The notes under the pieces are model-generated. The model saw only the letters and a program-made list of their open reading frames with translations. It was not told where the DNA came from and searched no databases. The translations under genes were made by a program, and so were the position numbers. A stretch of DNA of 32,000 nt, taken from Haloquadratum walsbyi C23 (lineage in GTDB: Archaea; Halobacteriota; Halobacteria; Halobacteriales; Haloferacaceae). The stretch is from the NCBI RefSeq assembly GCF_000237865.1, contig NC_017459.1, positions 2,820,001-2,852,000 of the forward strand, read 5' to 3'. Of this stretch, positions 16,198 through 24,880 are shown piece by piece; within the stretch, counting starts at the first letter, position 1; each line of letters begins with the position of its first letter.

Positions 16198-17079
16198 ATG
16201 CGTATGGAGACGGTCAGGGCGCCTGCGACAAGTGCAAACCTTGGTAGTGGGTTTGACGTTTTTGGCGTTGCACTTGATCGTCCCGCTGACATTGTCCGCG
16301 TTGAGCGCGCCGATAAGACAACGATTGAGGTAACTGGGGTTGGAAGCCAATATATTCCGGAAGATCCACATTCAAATGTTGTTGGTGCTGTCGCAGAGGC
16401 ACTTGATGCTCCTGCACAGATTCAAATTGACAAGGGTGTTCGACCGTCTTCGGGGCTTGGATCATCAGCCGCCAGTGCAGCAGCCGCGGCTGTTGCACTT
16501 AATGGATTATACGACCGCGGACTATCGCGGACAGAACTCGTTCCAATCGCTGCTGAGGGCGAAGCGATTGTTTCTGGCGAAGCACATGTTGATAATGTCG
16601 CACCAGCACTACTTGGTGGATTTACTATCGCTCGAAATAGCACGGTCACAACCGTTGATACCACGATCCCTCTTGTTGCATGTCTTCCAGAAATTGCCGT
16701 CTCGACGCGGGATGCTCGTCGAGTTGTCCCAGACTCGATAACGATGGAGGAAGCAGTTCATACAGTCGGGTCCGCAGCAACGCTCACCGTTGGAATGTGT
16801 CAAAGCAATCCAGCGTTGGTCGGAGCAGGAATGGATGAGCACGTTGTGACGCCAGCGCGAGCAGAATTGGTCACTGGATACGATACTGTTCGTGAGGCAG
16901 CACTAACTGCTGGAGCAACAGGTGTTACCGTCTCGGGAGCAGGTCCCGCGATTCTTGCCGTATGCAAGGCAGAAAGACGTCGTGCTGTTGCTGCGGCGAT
17001 GATTGATGCATTTGAGACAGCTGATGTTGAAGCCCGCGCATACCAGACATGTGTAAGTGCCGGTGCGACATTATTCTAA
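16198..17079 (+). CDS. thrB: Homoserine kinase
   Basis: I trimmed ORF 16150..17079 (TTG start) to the ATG at 16198. The GHMP kinase motifs APATSANLGSGFD and PSSGLGSSAASAAAA are present. Confidence 0.9.
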   Translation: MRMETVRAPATSANLGSGFDVFGVALDRPADIVRVERADKTTIEVTGVGSQYIPEDPHSNVVGAVAEALDAPAQIQIDKGVRPSSGLGSSAASAAAAAVALNGLYDRGLSRTELVPIAAEGEAIVSGEAHVDNVAPALLGGFTIARNSTVTTVDTTIPLVACLPEIAVSTRDARRVVPDSITMEEAVHTVGSAATLTVGMCQSNPALVGAGMDEHVVTPARAELVTGYDTVREAALTAGATGVTVSGAGPAILAVCKAERRRAVAAAMIDAFETADVEARAYQTCVSAGATLF

Positions 17080-17432
17080 AGGTAACATCGAGATTTTTAG
17101 GATCACCTGACCTCTGGATGACTCAGTTGATTTCTTGACTCGCAAACCCTACCATTCGTTCGGAATGTAAGCCTGTCTAGATCGGAGCGCTTTGTAAGCT
17201 ACCCATCCTCATTCCACGAACTCGCTCTGCGTGGAGCGCTGTTGATATATGTTGAAGCGATTGTAAAAGCCACGGGTTACTCAATTCATGATCGTTTATT
17301 CTGGAGATAAATATGAAAGATCCTTGCACCAAATCCAGCGATTAACTGTAAGTCAAAAAGAGGTTTATCATTCCGATAGCCGTCAAATAGGTCAAAAACG
17401 CTTACTTGCCGAAAATTAACAAAACCGGCTGT

Positions 17433-18341
17433 TTACACGCCGCGAGTCTGCAGTTTCTCGCCCTCAGATAGATCAGCGTTAGCTTCGCCTTTCATGCCTT
17501 TACCAGGGTTGGATGCAATCTGAGCGAGTTCATCAGGATCATCCCAATTGTTTACAGCTTCAACAATTGCTCGACCCATCGCACGTGGATTTTCAGCGCC
17601 GAAAACACCCGATCCAACGAAAATCCCATCGCAGCCATGATGCATCATTAATGCAGCGTCGGCTGGAGTTGCAATGCCGCCAGCCGCGAAATTCACGACC
17701 GGGAGACGACCCATCTCAGCGGTTTCATGAACAAGTTCTGCAGGTGCCTCATGATCACGTGCCCATCTTTCACGCTCTTCGTAACTTTTTCCAATGAGTT
17801 CACGGATTGAGCTCTTGATGTTTCGTTGATGATGAACTGCTTGATTCACATCGCCGGTTCCAGCTTCACCCTTTGTCCGAATCATTGCTGCCCCTTCGTC
17901 AATCCGACGAAGTGCTTCTTGAAGATTTCGTGCGCCACAAACAAATGGTGCGGTAAAGTGGCGCTTATCTATGTGATACCGGTCATCAGCAGGGGTAAGA
18001 ACCTCACTTTCGTCGATCATATCGACGCCAAGAGATTCGAGGATTTCTGCCTCTTTTGTGTGTCCGATTCGGGACTTCCCCATCGCCGGAATTGAAACTT
18101 CATCGATGATTTCAGGGACAATGTCTGGATCAGGCATCCGAGCAACACCGCCACGCTTTCGAATGTCTGCTGGAACAGATTCAAGCGCCATCACAGCGAC
18201 TGCACCTGCGTCTTCTGCAATCCGTGCTTGTTCGGCGTCAACGACATCCATAATCACGCCGCCTTTTTGCATCCGTGCGAACCCACGTTTCACTAATTCC
18301 GTACCGCGGCGTAATTCAGACAGATCGGTCTTCTCGGACAT
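17433..18341 (-). CDS. pdxS: Pyridoxal 5'-phosphate synthase lyase subunit PdxS
   Basis: I trimmed ORF 17433..18365 to the ATG at 18341 ([34 protein letters not shown]...). Identity to the PdxS/SNZ family is very high along the whole length. Confidence 0.95.
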   Translation of the reverse strand: MSEKTDLSELRRGTELVKRGFARMQKGGVIMDVVDAEQARIAEDAGAVAVMALESVPADIRKRGGVARMPDPDIVPEIIDEVSIPAMGKSRIGHTKEAEILESLGVDMIDESEVLTPADDRYHIDKRHFTAPFVCGARNLQEALRRIDEGAAMIRTKGEAGTGDVNQAVHHQRNIKSSIRELIGKSYEERERWARDHEAPAELVHETAEMGRLPVVNFAAGGIATPADAALMMHHGCDGIFVGSGVFGAENPRAMGRAIVEAVNNWDDPDELAQIASNPGKGMKGEANADLSEGEKLQTRGV

Positions 18342-18364
18342 ATGTTTAATTATACCCGAACACA

Positions 18365-18370
18365 CTTAAA
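18365..18370 (-). promoter_or_regulatory. TATA-like box (TTTAAG) for a probably leaderless pdxS mRNA
   Basis: The box lies at -29 to -24 from the A of the pdxS ATG (18341). Confidence 0.4.
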
Positions 18371-18611
18371 CCGATTCACTCGTGCGCGCACGCGGCGTTT
18401 AGACGATATCAGTGACCGTATTATAAAATGGTCTCAGTATACAAGCGGTCGGATTTATTCTAGTATGAACATTAGATTCGTTTTCATTCTTGACTGGTGG
18501 CAATGCGGGAGATTTATTCGATGAAGCTTCCCATGAGAAATTGTGTATTGGTATCACCACCTGTGCGGTGTTATCAATCTTGTATCTCGGCGATAACTCA
18601 CAGTGTAATAT

Positions 18612-19355
18612 ATGTCTATATCCGATGCACTTCATCGACTTACATCCGGTCAGGGACTGCCGAGTGCAGACCGACTTCCGCGGTGGCTCTCGCCGGTGCC
18701 GAGATGGCTTGAGAATCTTGGACTCCGATTGGTTCCAGCAATAATTATTATCAACGTGCTTGGGACATTGTTTGGGTTTTGGTATTATGGGTTTCATCCC
18801 ATCCCGCAAACTGATCCACTCATCACATGGCAGTTCGCAAGCGAGCCGGTCATCATGTGGCCATTTGTCCCTGATAGCCCACTTGCAACATTATTCATCG
18901 CGCTCGCGTTTTTTACGTGGTGGCGTGGAAAAACGAATGAATATCTTGCCGCTCTTGCCTTTTTTGGCTGTTGGAAGCTTGGGCTATGGACACCGTATGT
19001 ACTTACTGTGTTTGCGGATGCATTCTTATCTGTTACATGGACGCCACTGTATCTATTTTTATTTATTAGTCATCTCGGAATGGTTATCGAAGCGTTTGTG
19101 CTACATCGGATTGCAGACTTTCCTATTCGGGCTGTGGGTGTTGCGCTTATATGGTATGGATTCAACGATATTGTCGATTATCTCATACCGATTGTTGGCG
19201 ACCCGCATCATACCGCAATTCCGGTGGCAGACACAACCACTGTCGGAAACTCAACTGCACTCCACCTTGCAGCTGCCGGCGCGATTACGCTCACATTTAT
19301 TGCAACGTTCTTTGCACTCTCAACGCGTATCTATAAGATCAAAACTCGTTCATGA
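18612..19355 (+). CDS. Polytopic membrane protein (recalled as DUF1405-type, unverified)
   Basis: 247-aa ORF with about 6 hydrophobic segments, Trp-rich, with a FVPDSP motif. The overlapping ORF 18760..19377 is in another frame and is not halophile-like. Confidence 0.7.
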   Translation: MSISDALHRLTSGQGLPSADRLPRWLSPVPRWLENLGLRLVPAIIIINVLGTLFGFWYYGFHPIPQTDPLITWQFASEPVIMWPFVPDSPLATLFIALAFFTWWRGKTNEYLAALAFFGCWKLGLWTPYVLTVFADAFLSVTWTPLYLFLFISHLGMVIEAFVLHRIADFPIRAVGVALIWYGFNDIVDYLIPIVGDPHHTAIPVADTTTVGNSTALHLAAAGAITLTFIATFFALSTRIYKIKTRS

Positions 19356-19556
19356 TTGTCTCATGGAGAATAATTGATAGCAATGACTGAGGAGGATATA
19401 TGCTCATACCATGTGTCACTGGAAGCGAAAATATGGGTACATCAGTTATTAGGAATAAATAGAAACTGGTGTTTCGATTGGTGGCTACTGGCACATCTCA
19501 CAATCTGACGATGCGATTTAATTATTAGGCTTATTGGTAGAAGTGAAATATCATCA

Positions 19557-20510
19557 TTAATTTTGATAGGTATCAGTTTCTGCTTGAACTTGCTGTGCAA
19601 GGACATCATCATCCTCAGCGTGTGCTCGTACCCAAAGTTGGCCAATATGTGAAAGTCGGGTTCGATATGATTTTCCACGGTCCTCCTGTTCGATATATCC
19701 TTTTCCACCGGGACCAAGACGATCGACATTATATATCACCTTCGAGCGGAATGAGTCAGTATATTCCTCATTCATGTCACGCGCGAGCATCTCAGCAAGT
19801 TCTGAGACCGAATCAAACTCTCCGTATTCACCGAGTTCAAACAAAATGATCTTTTCGAATGGTTTGACGTTCCGAAATGAAGCGACTGGAAGTTCAATGA
19901 TATGTCCACCATCCACAGGCTTAGCGCCGATTGTCGTCCCCCGTTCATCAAATTCTTCAATGAGATCAGCAGCTGTCTGGTGTCGCTCGCGAATACGCTG
20001 ATCAAATTCTGTGGCGTTACTACTATCAAGAATATCCCCAAGAAGTTCTTTCGCAGCACGCACTTCCTCAGCGAGTTCCGTCTCAAGATACTTTTCAGGG
20101 GCCGTATAGTACGTATGAATCCGATCTCTATCGGCTTGGCGTTCAACCATAATTGAATGAGCAGCCGTAGCATACGCAAATGAGACCGGACGGGGCATTG
20201 CTGAGACGTTCACCCATACCTCTGCATCTTTCGCAATGTCGAGTTGATCATTGATGAGATCATATGCCTGCTCAAATGCAGCGTCATAATCGTATACATC
20301 CGCAACGACGACACGATTCGTATCAGCACCTAGTAAATTCTTGAAATCCTTCTCAAGTTTTTTAGAGAGATTTTGAGAATACTCAACGTTTGATTCACTG
20401 CCCACCGCGCCCTCAAGCAGAATAACGCGGTCAACATCTACTTGATCTCGTATCAGCGGTGCAATGAGCCGATCGTAATCAAATCCAACGGGGACCACGT
20501 GTGTCTGCAT
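19557..20510 (-). CDS. Csa3/CARF-like N-terminal domain fused to a C-terminal winged helix-turn-helix. Putative ligand-sensing regulator (I recall homologues being named HFX_2341 family).
   Basis: The N-terminus MQTHVVPVGFDYDRLIAPLI...VDRVILLEG resembles the Csa3 beta1-GF motif. The C-terminus FEKIILFELGEYGEFDSVSELAEMLA...SKVIYNVDRLGPGGKGYIEQ...YRTRLSHIGQLW fits a wHTH pattern. Confidence 0.6.
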   Translation of the reverse strand: MQTHVVPVGFDYDRLIAPLIRDQVDVDRVILLEGAVGSESNVEYSQNLSKKLEKDFKNLLGADTNRVVVADVYDYDAAFEQAYDLINDQLDIAKDAEVWVNVSAMPRPVSFAYATAAHSIMVERQADRDRIHTYYTAPEKYLETELAEEVRAAKELLGDILDSSNATEFDQRIRERHQTAADLIEEFDERGTTIGAKPVDGGHIIELPVASFRNVKPFEKIILFELGEYGEFDSVSELAEMLARDMNEEYTDSFRSKVIYNVDRLGPGGKGYIEQEDRGKSYRTRLSHIGQLWVRAHAEDDDVLAQQVQAETDTYQN

Positions 20511-20750
20511 ACAACTTGATAGAATGGAGATGGTGTTACCATTGTTGGTGTTCGATTAGTTGAGATAAATTTATACTACATATATCGTATATTACTGTTA
20601 TTAATCTGTGGCGAAATCACCCAATGGCAGCATCCATGTCCACATCTCAGGATACTCATATCGTTTATATTAAACATGAGTTTGATACCATCCATGCACA
20701 GATGCATCAAATTGGCTTTTGAGTGTGATGGCTGAAATGAACATACGGGT

Positions 20751-22263
20751 TTAATCTGCGCGTGACTGTGACCGTGACCCAACGGCGAACGCCTCGGTCT
20801 GTTCATCGGCTCCAGCGGTTGTAATAAGAGAAACACCGACAGTCAATACAAGCGAAAGAACGATTCCATACAGCGCAAAGTCCCAGGTTAAATATGTTGA
20901 TCCAAACACCGTGACGCCAGCGATGGTGGTCGATGGAATAAATACATGTAAGAGATAGAATACTTGAGAACCAGCAATTCCAGCAAACATTCCCTGTCGT
21001 GTTGTTTGTGACCAATATAGTGCAATTAATACTGGGAGCGTCAGTTGTGCGAACCCACCAAATGCTGTATCGCCGATTTCAACAAGGTCCCCGGGCGGAA
21101 CAGACTGGCAGCAAATGTTGCAAGTGCAAATCCAGCAACTCCAAATCTTCCAATCCATCCTTCCCGACTCGTTGATGCTGTTGGGTTGATGAGGGGTCGA
21201 TAAATATCACGAGTAAGATATGATGACCCAGAGAGGAGCATCGAGTCTGATGATGACATCATCGCTGCCATAGCACCGGCAACGACGAGTGCAGCAAACC
21301 ATGCTGGGGTATATTCAGTTAATAATACAGGAATAACATTTGATCCTGATGGGACAGAAATTCCCAATCCAGCGGCCCATGACCCAAGGAGAAACGCAGG
21401 AACAAAGAGTAATAAGACAAGGATCGGCATAGCGTGAATGAGCGCTTTAGCACTGTAGCACTTTTAGCGACAAAGAATCGCTGATTGATCTGTGGAAACA
21501 TTGTGACGCCAAAGGCAATTGTCACTGCTGTTGAAATCATCCATTGTGGGGAATATAATCCACCACCAAGTGAGAGAAACTCTGGATTTGATGTTGCAAG
21601 CGCAGTCGAAACCGAATCCATGCCGCCTGCACTTGACAGCACCCATGCAACAGCAATCCAGATGATACCAAGCATAAATATACCCTGAAGGGTATCGGTC
21701 CATGCAACCCCACGAAGTCCCGACGCGGCGACATAGATAATCATAAAAACGGTTATCAGTGCTGCACCCGCCCAATATGGCACTGCGCCACTAGTGAGTC
21801 CAACAAGTGCCTCGCCTGCACCCATCTGTTGTAACATGATATATGGGAACAGCCAAAATAATGACACACCGGCAACAAGATATCGCAATCGCGCTGAGGC
21901 GAAGCGATCGCCAAGCATCTCGCCGAGTGTTACATAGCCATGGCGTTCACCAACAAGCCATTGCCGATATCCAATGACATACCAAAGGATTGCAAAGAGG
22001 ATGCCATCCATTAGCCCCATGACAAGTATCCATTCAGGACCAGCACCATATGTGAGATTTGGACCACCAAAGAATGTAAACGCCGAGAGAAGAGTCGCAA
22101 AGGTGGTAAAAAGCAGTACGATTGTTCCAAGCGAACGACTGGCAAGATAATAATCTTCAGCATCGCTGCCCGTTAATCGGTATCCAACAATCCCAACACT
22201 AAGAGCAAGAACGAGATATGCAGCAACAACGCCTAGTTCAATGCCAATTGCCGATTCAGCCAT
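20751..22263 (-). pseudogene. Sodium:solute symporter (SSF) family transporter, disrupted by two frameshifts
   Basis: Three consecutive ORFs in different frames (21319..22293, 21041..21430, 20751..21158) together read as one SSF protein. The frame switches near 21431-21446 and in the C/G run at 21087-21099. Confidence 0.8.
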
Positions 22264-22507
22264 CTGCTCGGTCCTCCATGCCATCATCAACACCTGTTAT
22301 TGGAACATCCATACCACGGTCCCATGCGTTGCGGGTAAAAGCGGCAAATGCAACCGCTGCAATACACATCCATCCGATATGCCACCATAACCACACTGGA
22401 AGACCTCCGAACGTGACGGTGTTTCCCCATAGAAACCATGGGATGGCGAATGTGACAAGCACTGCAAAAACCCCGATCCATATATAATCCCTCTGATTTC
22501 GGGTCAT
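22256..22507 (-). CDS. Small two-TM membrane protein, the usual DUF3311-type partner of SSF symporters
   Basis: 83-aa Trp-rich ORF with 2 TM segments. Its stop overlaps the symporter ATG (22263) by 8 nt. Confidence 0.65.
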   Translation of the reverse strand: MTRNQRDYIWIGVFAVLVTFAIPWFLWGNTVTFGGLPVWLWWHIGWMCIAAVAFAAFTRNAWDRGMDVPITGVDDGMEDRADG

Positions 22508-22775
22508 ATCTGATAATAGTTGATTGATACACCTAAACGTTGTTCTTCAAGCTTTCATTAACGCTGTTGAAGAGATATTTTATTCAAAAGCGGCGAAATA
22601 TTGATACCTAATTCATTGCTGTCGTCGATTGCTATGATGAGGTCCCCTAACAATACCGTGGTGACACTGTGGTGTACGATATACGACAAGTATTTGCCGC
22701 GAGCAAGCCGTATCTAAATACGTCACAGAGATGTGACATCATCATATCATCATTCACCCCGCAGGGGGAATTATC

Positions 22776-24503
22776 ATGAACGACTCAGATAAATATCTCA
22801 TCCACGCCGCGATTACTGCAGACGGAATCGTTGAGCGCTCTGACGTTGTGGGAGCGATCTTTGGTCAAACAGAGGGATTGCTGGGCGACGAACTCGATCT
22901 TCGTGATCTTCAGCAGTCCTCAAAAGTCGGGCGAATTGATGCCGACATTGATTCACAGAATGGTCAATCTTTTGGCGAGGTTACAATCGCCAGTAGTCTT
23001 GATCGTGTTCAAACAGCAATTCTTGCTGCCTCGCTCGAGACAATTACTCGGGTTGGACCATGTGATGCGACTGTTGAAGTTACTAACATTGAGGATGTCC
23101 GGCAAGCCAAACGTCGTGAAGTCGTTGAACGAGCAAAAGAGCTTCTTGTTGAGTCATTTGATGAAAGTGTGATGACTTCTTCAGAGATTCTTGAGGAGGT
23201 TAAAGAAAGTGTTCGAATCGGAGAAATTGATGAATACGGCGGTCTCCCTGCTGGTCCGCATGTTGCTGATTCTGATGCAGTTATTATCGTTGAGGGACGT
23301 GCCGACGTACTGACACTTCTTCAGTATGGGATCAAGAATGCAGTTGGAGTCGAGGGGACCAATATCCCAGAGTCGATAGCCAAGTTGACACACAATCGAA
23401 CGACGACAGCTTTCTTTGACGGCGACCGTGGTGGTGATCTCATTCTTCGTGAATTAAGCCAAGTCGGCGATGTTGATTATGTTGCATTCGCCCCCGAAAA
23501 CAAATCTGTAGAGGATCTCAAACGCGCAGCTGTATTTGATGCACTCCGAGAGAAAATCTCAATTGACGCAGTGGAGATTGATCCCAACCGTAGGGTAGAT
23601 AATGAGCCTGATGTTGGTAGCGCCACTAATGCAGATATTGGTCTCAATACTGAATCCAGCGATACTGACGAATCATCATCCCAAACAACAGTCACTGATG
23701 GTGAAGGAAAAGTGCGTTCTAAAGCCATATCGGCAGCAGAATATCATACGGACACATCAGGCGTTGATAATGCACATAGAGACCAATCGCCAGATGTAAT
23801 CACAAACGATCAATCAGCAACTGAAACACACTCAGATGATGTCGAGCAACGTACCACCAATCAACATATTTCAACAGCAAATAATAGCTCCCAGGTTCAA
23901 TCAGAATCTGTCACAACTGATTCAGCAGTAGATTCAAACAACTTAGACAGTGTAAATACCATTTCATCAGAAGCACAATCATCCCAGTCACCTAATCAAT
24001 CCGTGGATAAGTCAGAACGAGAGACAGAACCAGAGACAGAGACAGAGACGGATGTGAATTATTCACCTGAGAAGACACAATCAAATACTAATAAAAACTC
24101 CGTTACTGATGTCCAAAGCAGTGTCGAGGGGCAACCGGATATGTCTGAGGAAGCATCAAAGTCTGACAACGGTGCTCAGGATAACTCAGCGGGGGAATCC
24201 GAAGAGCCCAGTTCGTTACGCGATCACGCACGCACAGTCGTTGGTGGAGACACAGGGTGCGTTCGGCTTGTTGATGAAGAGTATACAACGCTCACGGAAG
24301 CACCAGTTGCAACCGCTGTTGATGCCGTTAAGACAGCCGATGCTGTTCCACACGGTGTCATCGCCGATGGAGATATCACGCAGCCACTGCTTGATATCGC
24401 CTCACAGCGCGGTGTTGAGCAGATTATCGCTGCATCAACAGATGAGTTCGTGAAGCGACCAGTTGGTCTGCAATTGCGGACAGCAGATGAGCTACTGAGC
24501 TGA
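22776..24503 (+). CDS. dnaG: Archaeal DnaG primase (TOPRIM) with a very long low-complexity linker
   Basis: The N-terminal YLIHAAITADGIVERSDVVGAIFGQTEGLLG and the TOPRIM motifs (IIVEGRADVLTLLQYG, FFDGDRGGDLI) identify it. About 210 aa of S/T/D/E/Q/N-rich sequence precede the conserved C-terminal domain. Confidence 0.9.
   Translation: MNDSDKYLIHAAITADGIVERSDVVGAIFGQTEGLLGDELDLRDLQQSSKVGRIDADIDSQNGQSFGEVTIASSLDRVQTAILAASLETITRVGPCDATVEVTNIEDVRQAKRREVVERAKELLVESFDESVMTSSEILEEVKESVRIGEIDEYGGLPAGPHVADSDAVIIVEGRADVLTLLQYGIKNAVGVEGTNIPESIAKLTHNRTTTAFFDGDRGGDLILRELSQVGDVDYVAFAPENKSVEDLKRAAVFDALREKISIDAVEIDPNRRVDNEPDVGSATNADIGLNTESSDTDESSSQTTVTDGEGKVRSKAISAAEYHTDTSGVDNAHRDQSPDVITNDQSATETHSDDVEQRTTNQHISTANNSSQVQSESVTTDSAVDSNNLDSVNTISSEAQSSQSPNQSVDKSERETEPETETETDVNYSPEKTQSNTNKNSVTDVQSSVEGQPDMSEEASKSDNGAQDNSAGESEEPSSLRDHARTVVGGDTGCVRLVDEEYTTLTEAPVATAVDAVKTADAVPHGVIADGDITQPLLDIASQRGVEQIIAASTDEFVKRPVGLQLRTADELLS
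24021..24050 (+). repeat. Tandem hexamer repeat (GAGACA-like, 5 units) inside dnaG
   Basis: The sequence gagaca gaacca gagaca gagaca gagacg encodes ETEPETETET. Confidence 0.85.
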
Positions 24504-24505
24504 AT

Positions 24506-24573
24506 ACGGGTGCTAATCCCCCGTCCTCAAGAAACGAGCGAAGCGAGTGAGTAGGGCGGGGATACAGCACCGT
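24506..24573 (+). other. 19-bp interrupted hairpin starting 3 nt after the dnaG stop codon
   Basis: ACGG(G)UGCU pairs with AGCACCGU and AUCCCC(C)GUCCU pairs with AGGGCGGGGAU, around a 25-nt loop. One U.G pair is valid only on the plus strand. No U-tract follows directly. Confidence 0.5.
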
Positions 24574-24672
24574 CATCAGTTATTCATACAGTTCAATCGA
24601 TACAGATATTCTCCTCTTGGCATAATTAATGATACGATACTTCCTACGCTTCTGACAGTGTCCAAGCGCAAC

Positions 24673-24880
24673 AAAAAGCGCGCACTGTCGATTGTGGGCG
24701 AGTATCCACAGGTAGGAGTGGTTCACTCCGAACCGCCCCTGAAGGGAAATCGCCTGCGGAGTCTGGAATCCCGTGCCCACATTTGGTATACATTCCGACG
24801 CAGAAACAGGAAGCCCTGTCCTCAGCAAGCGAGGGGCGAGCTTCCGAGCGCAGTAGAGCAGGGTAGTTCACTGGTAATTC
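24673..24880 (+). repeat. G+C-rich ORF-free structured block, a short (5'+3'-like) member of the interspersed element family
   Basis: Four blocks are collinear with 2184-1858 (minus) and three exact blocks with 9965-10009. Internal perfect helices are GUGGGC/GCCCAC, GGAGUG/CACUCC and GGAAGC/GCUUCC. The ends GCACU (24682-86) and AGUGC (24873-77) can pair. Confidence 0.45.

Noticed and set aside
18760-19377. 205-aa ORF overlapping the DUF1405-type gene in another frame.
   Set aside because: Its composition is basic and Leu/Ser/Arg-rich. The competing frame (18612..19355) gives a coherent Trp-rich polytopic membrane protein.
20634-20732. 32-codon plus-strand ORF (MAASMSTSQDTHIVYIKHEFDTIHAQMHQIGF) in the spacer upstream of the Csa3-like regulator.
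   Set aside because: It is too short to support from sequence alone, with no recognisable motif such as CPxCG. It may be worth checking in ribosome-profiling data but is not callable.
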